Positions 111,725 to 127,785 of a DNA stretch of 248,000 nt are shown one piece after another. The position numbers and the translations under genes are program-made. Each line of letters starts with the position of its first letter. The first letter of the stretch is position 1. The notes under the pieces were generated by a model. That model was not told the origin of the DNA. It searched no databases and saw only the letters and a list, made by a program, of their open reading frames with translations. Origin of the DNA: Octopus vulgaris (Eukaryota); the NCBI GenBank assembly GCA_951406725.2, contig OX597819.1:93268001-93516000 (forward strand), in the 5' to 3' direction.

Positions 111725-112344
111725 GTACACGCAAACACACACACACATATGTATATATATATATATATATTGTGTGCACATACACACACACACACGCATA
111801 TATATTTACTTACATATGCAAACGACTTGCTAGAAACAGCAGCCAAATTTCCTTCAAATCACATCTTACTGCTTTAAGAAAAAAACATGTTGCCTAATGT
111901 GGTCATGAGTTCCTTGCACACGTCGGAAATAGATAGGATGGATGGTCACGGCAGGAATGTATTTGATCATAGAACAGCCAGGATCTGGGATTAAACAACA
112001 GCAACAATCAAAAGTGTAACATATGTGTGTGTGTGTGTGTGTGAAAGTGTATGAGTGTGTGTGTTTGTGAATGTATGTCTGTATAATAGGGTGGTGGTAG
112101 TGGTGGTGGTCGCTGTCACCGTTATGACCATGGTTACGATGATGATGGTGACTGTGTCCATTGCGTCAGTCTTCTTTGAAGTATAATTAATTCCACAGTA
112201 ACAGTTAATTCCTGTAATTTGTCGCTGATGACAGAGAACACCGTAAGGATGAGACCAGACTCTGCATAGTAATAATAATAATAAGAAGAAGAAGAAGAAT
112301 GATAATAGTAAAAATATCAATGATAATAATAATAAGAGCACTCA

Positions 112345-112710
112345 GAGAGGGCAAACCTCCGCCAAGGCAACACCATCGTCCTCTCAACGATTAGCCGAAG
112401 ATGATTTTTTAAAATGAGAATATCTGAAATAAATTCGACTGCTTTCACAAACGAGAATACTAAAAATTAATCCGACCGCTCTCAAAGATTAAGTAGAAAA
112501 ACAGGAAAAATAATCCAAAATCCTTGTCCGGTATCGAATCGATCCCCAAATCTAATCAGTTCGTGCCAGTCACGAGGCTAAACATCTCTGAAAATTTCAT
112601 CCAAATCCATTCAGCGGTTCTTGAGATATCTTGTCCAAGGGCAAACAGACAAACAAACAAACGCGACTGAAAACAATACCCTTGCCTTCGCTAAGTCGGA
112701 GGTATTAAGG
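112345..112710 (+). mobile_element. Helentron-associated non-autonomous element (HINE-like)
   Basis: Short subterminal inverted acctccgcc / gtcggaggt, with an internal acaaacagacaaac tract. Confidence 0.45.
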
Positions 112711-114649
112711 AAGATGTCCGTATTTGGTTGTGCAGCATTAGCCATGCGGTTAGTTAAGAAGTTTTGTTTTCTCACCTACGCGAATCAGGTTTCAAATCCA
112801 CTTTCAAAAGCTCGTTTTTATCATAGTCTCGAGTCAATTAAAGTCTTGCGAATGAAATTTGGATGGCAGAAATTCTGTGTAAGTTCCTCTGAATGATTGT
112901 TCTTGAGTCGTTACCTGAAAGGGGAAGACGAGGAATTTGATGTTCTCGTACGGGGTTCTACCTTCTCCTATAGGGAAAAGAAATATAATTTCTCAGACGA
113001 AGATTCAGCTCCGAAACATAAACTTATTTAAATTCATGAAATTCAGTATACAGTTTGACATCGATAACCCAAACATGACGGGCGGGGAGCATTTTATTCG
113101 ATAATCCATTGCTCGGATAAATGAGATGATCGTAAAGAAAGTGAAGCTATACGGATCAGAATTTACGTAAAAAGAGAAAATGGTAAAATATATTGAGAGA
113201 TTTTGTCTTTTAGACGATAAAATGTTGTGCTCTCGCGCAATCAGTAGTACCTTTCCACCACGATCCGGTCTCTGTAAAATTCTTATTTTTCTTTTCGATT
113301 CTCAATGGTGATCACTTTCTCTCCACAGACATGGTAAGAGCATCAAACTTGATTACTTGTAACGGATACGTAGTGAGATCAAAGTAGTAGTGCGATGAAT
113401 GCACAACTGATTTTGCCTTACATTTACATCCTTCAGCATGACAGCCATTTTTGTGTTAAAATTGCTTTAAGGACCAACTGAGATCAAATTGGTGGCCTGA
113501 TCGATAACTGTAAACAATTGGTGGCGCTTTGATAACTGTAAACAAAGGAATTGATGACACGACCGTCGCAAGAGTGTCAGTTATACATCTTTGAGGTATC
113601 AGATTTACTTAATAAATTCAATTATTCCAAGTTATTTTTTGCTATTGTAAACAAAAAACGAAGTGCTTGCACCGGTATTACACTCAAGTTGGGTTACAGG
113701 CAATATGGCTGATTAAGTATAAACGGGACTTTGAGATTTTAATCTGAAATTCATATAATTAATATTTGGCTTACCATAGTTATACAGACTAAGTCCATAT
113801 AATTATTGCTGACACTAACAAGTACTAGTTCCTTTGTTTTTATGATTTTTTAAAGTGTAACTTATTCATTATTATATACGATTATAAATATGATAGAAGG
113901 TGCCGAGCTGGCAGAATCCTTCGCAACATTTCGTCCGCTTTTACGTTCTGAGTTCGAATTCCGCCAAAGTTAACTTTGCTTTTTATTCTTTCAGAGTCAA
114001 AAGAATAAGTACCAGTTAAGCACCAGGGTCAATGTAATCAACTAACATTCTTCCCAAAATTTTTCAGACTTTGTGCCTATACTAGGAAGGTTTATACTTA
114101 CAATAGGAGTAAAAGTGGTCGGATGGTTAACAAGTTAGTTTCGCAACCAAGAGACTACAAGTTCAATCTCACTGTATAACATTTTGCGCAAGCATCTTCT
114201 AACATATTCTTAAGTCTACTCAAGTTTTGCGAGTGAACATCTTAGGAAACGGGATATGTTTGGAAGCCCGTCGTATGAGAATGGACTATAGCTATATTTC
114301 AATGAACCAGTCTTTTCACATGTCACACAGTCTTTTCGAGAATTCCACTAAGAGTATCTGCATCTGTAAAATATTCAGCCACTAAAATGTTTAATTTGAT
114401 AAGTAGTTGTTCTTTACAGCGAACAATTGGAACACTCGTCGTCGAATACGACGGGGAATTATTCACATAGACAATTATTCACTATACAAAATTAATAAAC
114501 GAACATTGAAATATTAGTCTTATTTTTCTCTATCTTGTGATGCATGTGATTGGTGTACCTTTATCAGGCGAGCAGTCGTGATGGGTATAATGGGCTTCAT
114601 ATATTTGTTCCCTAGTGTCACTTTGATGGCATGCACGACTCCCTTACTC

Positions 114650-114683
<34 letters not shown>

Positions 114684-115853
114684 TCACATTTCTTCTCAAA
114701 TTTGTGGAGAGGGGTCTAGTTGATTGCATCGACTCCGTTGTTTCACTGGTACTTAATTTATTGACCCCGAAAGGATGAAAGGTAAAGTCGATCTCTGCGG
114801 AATTTGAACTCAGAATGTAGCGATGGACGGAATACCGCTAAGCATTTCGTCCACAGTGCTTATGATTCTGCCAGCTCGCCGCCTGAATAATAATAATAAT
114901 GATGACGATGATGATGATGAAGGACTCTATCGGCGATGACGTATGCGTGTTCAGCTTTTGCTGAAGACCTGCACAAATTATTTGTTTATGGTGATCAAAT
115001 GTACAGGTTGCACATTAGCTTACTCCGTCCATCAAATCGACGCTGCTGGAACAGGTACACGGTGCGTCACGGATGGATCAGGTGTCGAAGTGATCGCAGA
115101 GCAACGCGAGATGAAATGTTTTGGTCAAGAACACAACGCACCAGCTGATCCAAGAAACGAAACCACGATCTCGTTATCGTGAGTACAACTCCCTAACCGC
115201 TAAATGGATATAAAGACACAAATTTTTATCGGGAGATGTTAGTCAATTAAAATCAGTCACCAGTACTTAACTGATATTTTATTTTATCGGCTCCAGAGAA
115301 ATGAAAGCAAGGTTGACCTCAACAAAGATTGAATTCGGACGGTAAAAGAGCATCACTAAACACTGAAAGTCATTTAGTCCGACGCTTTACCAATTCAACC
115401 ATCTACTATTTCCTTTGACACATGCACACATACAAGATACTTATAAAGGAATTTGTATGCTTGAGTAAGTTGACTCACAGCGGACACTTATTTTATCGAT
115501 CATAGAAAGCCAAAAGACAACCTCTCTTTAGATTCGAACGTAGACCCTTAAAGTACGTTCTTAAATACCACAAGTCATTTTGTCTAGAGTTCTACTGATT
115601 TTGCCACCCACCGCATCGTTTATGTCAGTGTAGAGTAAATTATATCTTCAATTTTAATATAACCTTGGTTGTTCTTTGAAAAGATAATGACGACGATGAT
115701 GATGACGACTGATAACTTTATTTATTCCTCTCGCCAGTCTCGGGTGTCCTCGAAGATGCTGTAATTGCTACTGTTATTACTCTGACTTAGCTATGAAAAA
115801 AAGATTACGATAAAAGAAAAAATAGTTAAACACACACAAGCATACACATACAC

Positions 115854-115886
<33 letters not shown>

Positions 115887-116039
115887 TACATACGCACACG
115901 TATTCACACTTAAATATAAGAAAATGTTAACATTTTTGTACTATAATTGTCAGGGACAAGTACCTCTGACAAAGAAATTATAGGAAATCGGTGTGTCCTT
116001 TTTTAAGGAAATTTGATGCCCTTTTACCGGCTTGTGATA

Positions 116040-116800
116040 GAATTTTGGATGAACCTGAAGGTTTATGACAGACACTAAACGTGAATTATTTTTTCCTGTC
116101 GTTCCCATTTAGTTCAATAAAAATAATGTCTCATCGGAAACATGACTTTTCTTACTGCTGCTGCGTCTATCATAACTGCTTATTAAAACACATGAGATAA
116201 CTGCTTATTCAAACAATAATGTGACTGAGGTTCTTGGCATTCTCAGCTTGATCAATCGTTAACATTTGGTTGCAAAACAAATGAGAGGGTTACTACAAGA
116301 TACCCTTGTCATTGTGGCGATAGCAGTCAACTTTATCAAATCGAATGCACTTCAAGTTCTTTTTGAGGAAATTTGCGACAAAATTGACGGAAACTTTGAA
116401 AGTCAATTGATGCATACAGCAGTGCGATGATTATCAAAAGATAATTGTCTTTGTTGCTTTGTGGAACTTTTGGACAATATTGTTCCATTTCTAAATAATA
116501 AGTAACTTTATGAACAGCTGATTGCTGCCAGATGTAATATATTTTATCTCCCAGACATATTTCAGAAGCTTAATTTTCTGATCAAACAGTTATAAGGAGA
116601 AAATGATAATCTAATAACTCGCAAAGAGACTATTAATGCTTTCATTGAAAAACTCAAGCTATTCAGAAATAATTATAGGATGTCGAGAGTTGGTGCAGTT
116701 TCTGACTGTGTTCATAGAATCTGAATTGAAAGTTGATAATATTTTCATTTGTTGAGCCTTTTAAGTATTAGTACAAGTGATATGAAAGTTCGGTTCAGCG
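116040..116800 (+). mobile_element. hAT (Buster/Charlie, ZBED8-like) transposase relic
   Basis: VNFIKSNAL…LMHTAVR*LSKDNCL..FVEL.D, YLPDIFQKLN.L..QL*G…I.AFIEKL.LF. Confidence 0.7.
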
Positions 116801-119428
116801 ACTTACTCGAGACGAATATTTCAGAATACTATGCTTGTAATAAACCTCTTCTGTCACCTTCTTCTTGCGACGGACGCAATATCTTTCAGAGTTGATAATA
116901 CCTGGAATCGTTGATGTCTGCTGGGCTGTGAAGGTTTACGCTCTAACCCAACTTAAAAAGTACTAACAGCACCACGATTCATTTGGAATTCTCAGTCGTC
117001 GTCTCTTGCTGGGAGAAGCCTTTGAGCCATCTGTGTCAGTCAACTGAATTCAGTATTTGATGGAGACATATTTTTGTTACATCCAGTAAAATGAAAGATC
117101 CTCGAAAGCATTTGAACTCCAAACGTAAAGAACGTAACTACAGCAGCTCTAACGGTCCTGCCAGTTTACCAGTCATCAGCAAAATGGTGAAACGGAACTA
117201 AAGTTTTACAAATTTTCAAAGGAGAAACTATCTCAAATTTATGAGTTTTTAAAATTTAAAGATCCCTAGTTTGTAAAAGATAACAGGACTTTGAATTATT
117301 CTGCATCTATTGACTTCACGTTCTGAGTTCAAATTACGCCGTGGCCGACTTTGGACTTCATTCACTTGGGGTTCGATAAAATAAGTACTAGTTAAGTATC
117401 GGGGTCGATGTAACTGACCATCCCCCTCCCCATTTCCAGCCTTGTGCTTGCAGTAGAAGCGATTATTTCTAACATAAACAAAGCAGCGAGTCGGACAAAA
117501 TGCCTAGCAGCATTTATTTCGACTCTTTATATAATGAGGACAAATTGCGCCAAGATCGTTTTCGCCTTTCATTCTTTCAGGGTCGATGAAATAAGTACCA
117601 GTCAAGTACTGAAGTCTTGGTTGTCAACTAAACCCCACCCCTAAAAATTGCTGGCCTTGTGCAAAAATTAGGATAAACTCGTTCAGACATAAGCACAAAA
117701 CCTGAAAGTTAGAGAATAGAATTCGTCGATTAAATCAACATCTTACTTTATTTATGCCACACCAAAGTTGGTTCTAGGAAGATTTGAACTCGAAACCAAT
117801 GCGATGATAATTGCTTGTAAAGGCGGTGAGCTGGCAGAAACGTTAGCGCGCCGGGCTAAATGCTTAGCGGTATTTCATCTGTCTTTACGTTCTGAGTTCA
117901 AATTCCGCCAAGATTGACTTTAACTTTTCATCCTTTCGGGATCGATAAATTAAGTACCAGTTGCGCACTGGGGTCGATCTAATCAACTGCTCCCTCCCCC
118001 AAATTTCGGGTTTCGTGCCTAGAGTAGAAAAGGTTAATAATTGCTTATAATATAAGGACGAGGCCAGAAATTGGCGAGTTGATTATATCCATCCCAATGT
118101 TCGACTGGCACTTATTTCATCAACGCCGAAAAGATTTAAGGTCGACCTCAATGGAATTTGAATTCACAGCGCTAAGACTGACAAAATTCTACAAAGCATA
118201 TTGTCTGTATGTAAACGATTCTGATATCAATTGTATGAAAGCAAGAGCGATAACAATTGATAGAAAAGTAGATAGATATACGTACATACGATTGTGTGCG
118301 CGCGCATGCCTGAATGCGTTTTGAACATATATATTAAGAATCTCAGATGAGTAGGAAGAGGACGAGACGTTTAGGCGGTGGAGCAGATGTCAGTTTGATT
118401 TAATGCCAGAGCTCGAATAACTCTCTTTACTCTTTTACTTGTTTCAGTTATTTGACTGCGGCCATGCTGGAGCACCGCCTTTAGTCGAGCAAATCGACCC
118501 CAGGACTTATTCTTTGTAAGCCTAGTTCTTATTCTATCGGCCTCCTTTTCCCGAACCGCTAAGTTACGGGACATAAACACACTAGCATCGGTTGTCAAGC
118601 GATGTTGGGGGGACAAACACATACACACAAACACATACACAACACATTATATATACATATACATATATACGACGGGCTTCTTTCAGTTTCCGTCTACCAA
118701 ATCCACTCACAAGGCTTTGGTCGGCCTGAGGCTATAGCAGAAAACACTTGTCCAAGGTGCCACGCAGTGGGACTGAACCCGGAACCATGTGGTTGGCAAG
118801 CAAGCTACTTACCACACAACCACTCCTGTGCGCCTTTCTTTTTTCTCTCTGATCGTTAAAAATAAGGTGCAGCCAAGAGCAAGGTGCGATCCAAGCAACA
118901 GTTCTCTTCCATACTAAAGTAAAATATAATAATAATAATAACATTGTAGCCTTGTGCATGTCATAGAAATTAATATGACCATCGTCATCATTATCATCAT
119001 CATCATTATTATCAACATCTTTTATGATCATCCTTATTCATTCATCATCGTCATTCATCATTTCTGTATCGTTCGCCGCAAATTTCTGTTTCTTTTTTTT
119101 TTTTTTTTTTTTTTTTCCTGAAGTAGGAAATGCAAACCATGAGGTAAAGTGATTAATTTTTTTTTATCAGTTAGTTACTTCCACGTTCCTATGCGACTAT
119201 TTCCATGAGATAACTCACTCATTCCCTAGGCACACACATGCAGACATAGAAACACGTGTGCGCTCCCACTCACACATGTATACTTACGTACGCAAACTCA
119301 CAAAGAGGGAAAGGTGGCGTATTTGGCTTATATATGTGGATGTGGCTGTGCGCCAACTTCATGCAATATCATTTTACTAATGACGTTTAAGAACGTGGTT
119401 AAATATACCAACATACATACATACATAC

Positions 119429-119462
<34 letters not shown>

Positions 119463-119981
119463 GTGTGTATGTATGTATGTATATATATACATGTGTGTAT
119501 GTGTGTATGTATATATATACATGTGTGTATGTATATATATACATGTGTGTATATATGTATGTATATATATATACATGTGTGTATATATGTATGTATATAT
119601 ATATATGCATGTGTGTATTTATGTATGTATATATATATGCATGTGTGTATATATGTATGTATGTATATACATGTATGTATGTATATACATGTATGTATGT
119701 ATGTATGTATGTATGTATGTATGTATGTATGTATGTATATGCATGTGTGTATGTATGTATGTATATATATGCATGTGTGTATGTATATACACACCTACAC
119801 TCAAATACATTCACACGTATACACGTATCCATATTTACATGATGTATGTATGCCTGTACATATGGATATATAAACATACACACACATACATGCATGTAAA
119901 CTCACGCATATCCATTTTACTAATGACTTTTAAAAGCCTGATTATATATCTATATATACGTGAGCCTTTCTATGTGTGCAT

Positions 119982-120039
<58 letters not shown>

Positions 120040-120214
120040 GTATGTATGTAGGTATGTATATATGTATGTATATCCACACACAATATTCATTCATGCATTT
120101 CTTACAAGTGTATGTAGGTGCGTGCTTGTTCCGAACATAAACAGTCAAGACTCCACATATAATGACGTGTATTATTCGTAGAATCGCATACACCTCCGCA
120201 CCTCCACACATACA

Positions 120215-120245
<31 letters not shown>

Positions 120246-120488
120246 GTACAGATACGCACGCATTACACCATATACATACGTCACACAAAACAAGCATAAT
120301 TTTTACACACATACGCAACACACAAAAACTATTTCATTGAGAGGATTCTGTGAATGGTTTTATTTTTTTGTTTGTTTGTTTGTTTGTTTGTATTCTTTAC
120401 TTGTTAGCTTTATCAAGTTCAGCAACATAGAGTTTCCAACGCATAACATCGAACCATACATACATTTATGCATCTTATCCATCAATCC

Positions 120489-120528
<40 letters not shown>

Positions 120529-120762
120529 TCATACGTACATGCATGCATTACGTTACATTAGCATTGCATTACACACATAGGCAGAGATTTTAACAGTTTC
120601 AACCTGTCAGATATGATAGTCTTACTACAGCTTCAATAATACTATATATCCATTTAGCTGGATTTGTTTTTAGATGGGTTTTTTGGCAAAAACTTGTAAA
120701 GCTTTAACGATAGGGAGTTTAGCTGAATTGCTTTACATTGCTTTCATGCAACCGCACGCACA

Positions 120763-120813
<51 letters not shown>

Positions 120814-122796
120814 GCACACATGCACGCACGCACGCACGCTCGCACACATACGTACGCTCGTATAAGCTTCTTGTATATGTTAATAATACCTGTATGTATG
120901 TATGTATGTATGTATGTATGTATGTATGTATGTATGTATGTATGTGTATAGTATAATACATAAATGTATGTAGGTATATACTCTGTGTGTGTGTAAATAT
121001 ATATACACACACTCACATGTCATGAGAAACACGCTATCTTAAAGATAGCGTATTTGTTATTGCCATATCTATGTTGAGTTTTCTAGATTCGTTTCTTTGT
121101 GCGCTGAATCCAGATGTCGCTAAAGTTAACTTTGTCTCCCATTTCATTCTTTAAAAGGCCTTAAATATAATAAAATTTCAGTAGTTCAGACGAGGGTTCG
121201 TCTAACCTCATTTCCCGTTACTCTCGCTGCCTTCCACTCTGAAACAAATCAGCTATGCGCTGACTTCTATACATAAGATGTCCAAGAGATATTGTATGTC
121301 ATATCGGCGTTCTGGCGATTGCAGCAAGGTGTGGAGACCCAAGGAAAAGAGAATGTCTATATAGGAGCAGGCATGACTGGTAGAAATAACAACCGAATCT
121401 TCCTTTAAATATGCCTTATGCAGGCATGAAGTAGTTAAGAAGCTCGCTTTGTATGCCACATGGTTTCAGATTTGGTCTCACTGCGCGGCACCTTAGGCAA
121501 GTTTCCTCTACTATATTCCCGGGCTGACCAATGACCTCTGAGTGAATGTGACAAGCAGAAACTGTGCTGAAGCCCATCTTATCTGTATATATTTATGCGT
121601 CTTTGTGTTTGCCACCCACATACACACACAGCCCCACTGACAACCGGTGTCAGCTTTGTTTACGTCCCTGTAGCTTAGAGATTCGGCAAAAGATACCAAT
121701 TGCATAAGTACCAGACTTTAAAGTATGTACTGAGGTCGATTTCTCCGACTAAATCATTCAAGGTTGTGACCAGCGCTAGATTAACCATTAAGCAAAATAT
121801 AAACGTGCTTAGGGCATCAAAGGAAGTGGGGGTACTACAGAAATGGTACTTACTAAAATAATATTCGAGGTAGCGTAAGTGATCGGAAATATAATTTCTA
121901 AGTGTTCATGGTGTCATAGTGAGGATTTGATTGAAGATTTTACAATTAGAAAAAAGTAGGAGAAAATTTTTGAAATATAAAGTGGAAGCATAAAAAAAAG
122001 ATAAAATAAACATTTCCTCCCATCTTACTCTTGGTTTTGCTTCATTTTGAAAAACAAAAACAAAAAAGAATCATTTTATGGCTTATTATTGTTTAAATTT
122101 TGAATTACACGTATATGGTGGCACTAAAATCTTTTAAGTGCTTAGGACCTCAATGGGTCTTAATCCGGCCCTGGCTGTAACCCTGCATGACCACAGTCCG
122201 TTGACTGAAACCAGTAAAAGATTTTAAAATGTGCATATATGTGTGTATATACACCCATTCATAAGTGTATATACAGCCATATACATACCTGTGTGAATAC
122301 GGGTTTGGACTTTACATTTGATAAGAAGATACGATGATAGATTAATATTCGCAGAATTGCGACTCATTTTAAATTCATTGAAATATTATATACATTCGTG
122401 TACATACACCTATAGAGGCACGTGCACCCCCCACCACAATATTTATAAGCATACACACATTTGTACGTACATACACGTAAGCATACAAACGTACACAAGT
122501 ACTGGCAAGTGTACATAAGCCCATATATGTCTATACGTATATACACACAAACACACACACATCCCTTCTTGGAAAAAGAAAGACGCCGTCGTGGCGTGCA
122601 ACGTGTCTTGGGTATTTAAATCTCTAACGAAGTCCATTCCTCTGCGAGTCTGCAAACAGCTGATTTCTTTCATAAAGGAATGCAATCAGTGAAAGGAAAA
122701 TTGAGAGAAGAATATATTGCACAAATGAATTGCAGCTTTATGCATGCATACATACATATATACATACACACACACACACACACACAAACACACAAA

Positions 122797-122878
<82 letters not shown>

Positions 122879-123645
122879 CCAGAGACATAGTAAATTGGAG
122901 GTAGTCTGTCCCCCGGTAGTCTGAGAGGGCTCAGAAATTTAGCTAGCCAATCATGCCGGCAACTTAAGGTGGTGGGTGCCAAAAGTACTTTTGACTTCAA
123001 GCATTGAAACCCTGTCTATGCCATGCATACATATATGTATATGTGTATGTATGTGTCTGTGTTTGTAATTGTAGTTCTGATGACGCCTGTTGAGGTAGAA
123101 ACACGTGTTCGTGACTGTCCTCTTAACTCGAGACAATGCACCAGTTAAATTCATATCAAATTTGGACAATTCTCGTGTCTTAAGATTATCTTCCCTTTCT
123201 CATACGAATATCAATTGCCATGTGTAATTGGGAGACATCCCCTAGAAGCGGATATAATTTTAATAAATCAAGAATTTATTGTTATTTATATCTATATGTA
123301 CATTCAATTATGCACTCAGACACACAAACAATAATGTATATGTATACATTTATATACTTTTATACACATATACATATATATATATATGTATGTATGTATA
123401 TATGTATGTATATGTATGTATGTATATGTATGTATATATGTATGTATGTATATGTATGTATGTATATGTATGTATGTATATGTATGTATATGTATGTATG
123501 TATATGTATGTATATGTATGTATGTATATGTATGTATATATATGTATGTATGTATATGTATGTATATATATGTATGTATGTATGTGTATGTATGTAATGT
123601 ATGTATATGTATGTATGTAATGTATGTATGTAATGTATGTATATG

Positions 123646-123690
<45 letters not shown>

Positions 123691-123775
123691 GTATATGTAT
123701 ATATATATATGTATATATGTATATATGTATGTATATGTATGTATGTATGTATATATGTATGTATATGTATGTATG

Positions 123776-123810
<35 letters not shown>

Positions 123811-124451
123811 GTATACATATATGTGTGTACATGCGCACGTGAGCATATATGTTTACATACACGTGTAAATATATGCGTGTATATATGTGTTTGTGTGAAT
123901 GCGCATGTGTGTAAATGCGTGTTTGTATTTCTGATTTTCTCTTTTCGTTCTTGGGAATATAGAAAAGCTTTTGTAAACTCAATGGAAAGCCACAATGAAG
124001 ATAAGAAGGCAACGTTTTCTCCAGTGCATCTTTGCACAAAAGTACATTTGAAAAAAAAAGATTTTATCCCAACTAAAAATAAAATGACTGACATACAGAA
124101 TGAATGGTTTAGAGATAAAGTATGATGTATATAAGGAATGGGAGGGGATGAAGATGAGAATGAAAGAGAAGAGAGAGAGAGAAAAAAAGAAGAAACAGAA
124201 AACGAAATGAAAATGGTTTTGACGTTTTAAATGTGCCTGTGTATGCCGTTGTTGGTTGTCATTTAGCCCCAAGAAGGCGTCCATCATCGTGTAGACATGC
124301 GCTCAAAGCCATAACCATACCATGATATTTTCAGTAATAGGTCTATATTATTCACTGAGTTGTGTTCCTGCTGTTTTGTTGTTGTTTCAAAGTGTAGTAG
124401 AGAGTGGTTTTAAAAAAAGATTTGTTTACTAAATCAAGGTTTTCCTTTTGA

Positions 124452-124893
124452 GCAGTTATTTCGAATCTTTTCGGTTTGAACGGCAGTTTTTTTTCTAGCG
124501 GTGTCATATGAAATTTTCACCCATAACTATGACCCTAATATCGATCTATTGCATTTCATTCTGTTTTAGGGTTAGGGTTAGTTAGGGTTAGGTGTGGGGA
124601 GAAGGGTACCTTTTTTTTCTTCACAAATGTAAATAAACCCAATCTGTTTCGTAAACGAGGACATATTCATACGGCACAGAATGTTTTTTTTACCTCGATA
124701 GACGTCAGTGATTGGTTAAAATTGCAGAAATTGAAGAAAAAAACAACAAATATCTTACAAACTATAGAATTTTCTCAATAAAGCCAAGGAAAAAAATGTT
124801 TTATAAACACATTCTACTAGTATACGAAGTTAAAAACTTTTTTGTTACCTAGAAATTATGTTAAAAACTGCCGTTCAAATCGAAAAGAGCCGT
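124452..124893. mobile_element. MITE-like element with internal TTAGGG-like tract
   Basis: Inverted ends ttttcggtttgaacggcagtttt / aaaactgccgttcaaatcgaaaag; ttagggttagggttagttagggttagg at ~124567-124593. Confidence 0.6.
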
Positions 124894-127339
124894 TATTTCT
124901 AGTAGTTTTGCTACTTCTGGCTTTGGAACTGTGGACATATGTTGACGCAAGTGTATGTGTATATAAAGAAACTTTGTGTCCGTGCGCGAGTATTTGCGTA
125001 GTTATATATGTATTTCTTTATTGCCCACAAGGAGCTAAACACAGAGGGGACAAACAAGGACAGACAAAGGGATTAAGTCGATTACATCGACCCCAGTGCG
125101 TAACTGGTACTTAATTTATCGACCCCGAAAGGATGAAAGGCAAAGTCGACCTCGGCGGAATTTGAACTCGGAACATAACGGCAGACGAAATACGGCTACG
125201 CATTTCGCCCGGCGTGCTAACGTTTCTGGCAGCTCGCCGCCTTTTTGCGTAGTTATATATGCGCGCCCTTTGTATATTTTAACTTAGAAATGTTTGCTTA
125301 GAAAACAGACTTACACGGTCTGCTATTATACATTTACAGATATTTTCATGTCTACTATTTACAGTACTCTAAAAAAAATATACTCTATGGTCGTCTGCAT
125401 AGAGCTGTCAATAGACTGTAGTCATACTGTTTAATTTTATCTACTATATATATGTATGTTTGTGTGTGTTTGTATACAATACCATGTCCTTGCTAATAAT
125501 CAATACTAGTAGTATAGCCCGGCGTTGCTCGGGTTTGTTTTTTAGTTGCGCTTAAAACGGCAGACTTTCATATCGCGTTAACAAAGTTTTGACATAGTTT
125601 CAGTCTTTTTTGAAAAGAAAAAAAATTGCATTATGTAGCTTGTTATTCTCTTTAAGTGAATATTTTTCTGGTTGAAATACACCGAAAGATGACGACACAG
125701 CAGTAAAAAAATCGTAAAAAATAGGGATTTTCATAGAAAAAAAAACACCTTTCTGATGTAAATAATTTTTGGTCTTAACATGGTCCGATTTGAATTTTTT
125801 CTTCTACGGAATGTCTATCCAATAGTGTTACACCGTCCAACATAGTGGGGATTTAAGCAATGCTTCCGTAGATAGTTGATAGGTTGGATGTGGCACTCAT
125901 GAAGAGCAGTATCCCTTGAAATAAGCACATACGCTTATTGCCTGTTTTTTTTTTTTTGTTCTTTTTCTATCTTCCTTCACATTGTTTACATAGACGTATT
126001 CGTTTACAAAATGACTCTGAATTCTATTGGAAATCTATAGTTTACCACTTAAAAATAAGAATATCGCACTGCTAACACAAAACGTAGGGCACAATATTGA
126101 CTTGTATGCCTTCAATATATTTGGTAGTATATTAGGGTTGCAAAAGTAAGTATTGTTTGTGTCCTTGCTAATAATCAATTAATCAGTTCAATTTCCTTGC
126201 AGTTCGGATGGAAAAGAAGTGCTGGATTATTACTTTCCATCACACTAGTGTGCTGTTTTTGCTAATGTGGTTGATAGAATATTCTCAAACATAGGCGCAG
126301 GATAACAAGCTTACTTCCCAACCACATGGTTCCGGGTTCAGTTCCACTGCGTGGCACCTTGGACAAGAGTCTTCTACTATAGCCTCGGGCGGACCAAAGC
126401 CTCGTGAGTGGATTTGGTAGACGGAAACTGAAAGAAACTTGTCGTATATATGCATATATATCTATGTACATGTTTGTGTGTCTGTGTTTGTCCCCAACAA
126501 TCGCATACCAACCGATGTTGGTGTGTTTATGTCCTCGTAACTTAACGGTTCGGCAAAAATAACCGATAGAATAAGTACTAGGCTTACAAAGAATAAGTCC
126601 TGGGATCGATTCGTTGGAGTAAAGGCGGTGCTCCAGCATGGCCGCAGTCAAATGACTGAAACAAGTAAAAGAGTATACAAATTTCATCCAATACTTCCAT
126701 AGATACAAAAGGAAAACCGTTTAATAGTTGCTATGACATGTTTAATGTTTAATTGGTTTCAAATTTTGGCACAAGGTCAGCTATTTCGGGTGTGGGGGCA
126801 AGTCGAATACATCGACCACAGTGCTCCACTTGTACTTATTTTATCGACTCCAAAATGATGAAAGGTAAGGCCGGCCACGGTGGAATTTGAACTCAGAGCG
126901 TAACAGCGGATGAAATGTCGCTAAGCATTTTGCCTGGCGTGCTAATGATTCTACCAGCTCGCCGCCATATCATGTGCCAGTAATATGCTGTGATGATATG
127001 GCGGCGAACTAGCAAAATCGTAAGCATGCCGGGTGAAATACTTAGCAGCATTTTGTCATCTTTACGTTCTGAGTTCAAATTCCACCGAGGTCGACTTTGC
127101 CTTACATCTTTTGGAAGTCGATAAAATATGTACCAGGTGAATACTGGTGTCGGTGTAATCTACTTCACCCCTTCCTCGAAATTGCTGGCCTTGAGTCAAA
127201 ATTTGAAACCAGTATACGCTGATGATGTTTAATCCTTTAGCATAAAGACTACTCTGTCAAATGCAATGTTTATTTATTCACATTGTTTTCAATTAATCAT
127301 GCTTTATTCTTGAAGTTTCGAGATTTCAAAGATGTGATT

Positions 127340-127567
127340 ACTCTCTTTACTCTTTTACTTGTTTCAGTCATTTGACTGCGGCCATGCTGGAGCACCGCCT
127401 TGAGTCGAGCAAATCGACCCCGGGACTTATTCTTTGTAAGCCCAGTACTTATTCTATCGGTCTCTTTTGCCGAACCGCTAAGTGACGGGGACGTAAACAC
127501 ACCAGCATCGGTTGTCAAGCAATGCTAGGGGGACAAACACAGACACACAAACATATACACACACACT

Positions 127568-127614
<47 letters not shown>

Positions 127615-127785
127615 GACAGGCTTCTTTCAGTTTCCGTCTACCAAATCCACTCACAAGGCATTGGTCGGCCCGGGGCTATAGCAGAAGACACTTGCCCAAG
127701 ATGCCATGCAGTGGGACTGAACCCGGAACCATGTGGTTGGTTAGCAAGCTACTTACCACACAGCCACTCCTGCGCCTGTTTATTT
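127340..127785 (-). mobile_element. Young tRNA/CORE-type SINE (~440 bp, internal TA/TG microsatellite); near-identical copy at 205550-205960(+), dozens of older copies
   Basis: tRNA-like head ggcgcaggagtggctgtgtggtaag…ggttccgggttcagtccc, then ggcaccttgggcaagtgtctt; tail …gactgaaacaagtaaaagagtaaaag. Confidence 0.9.
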
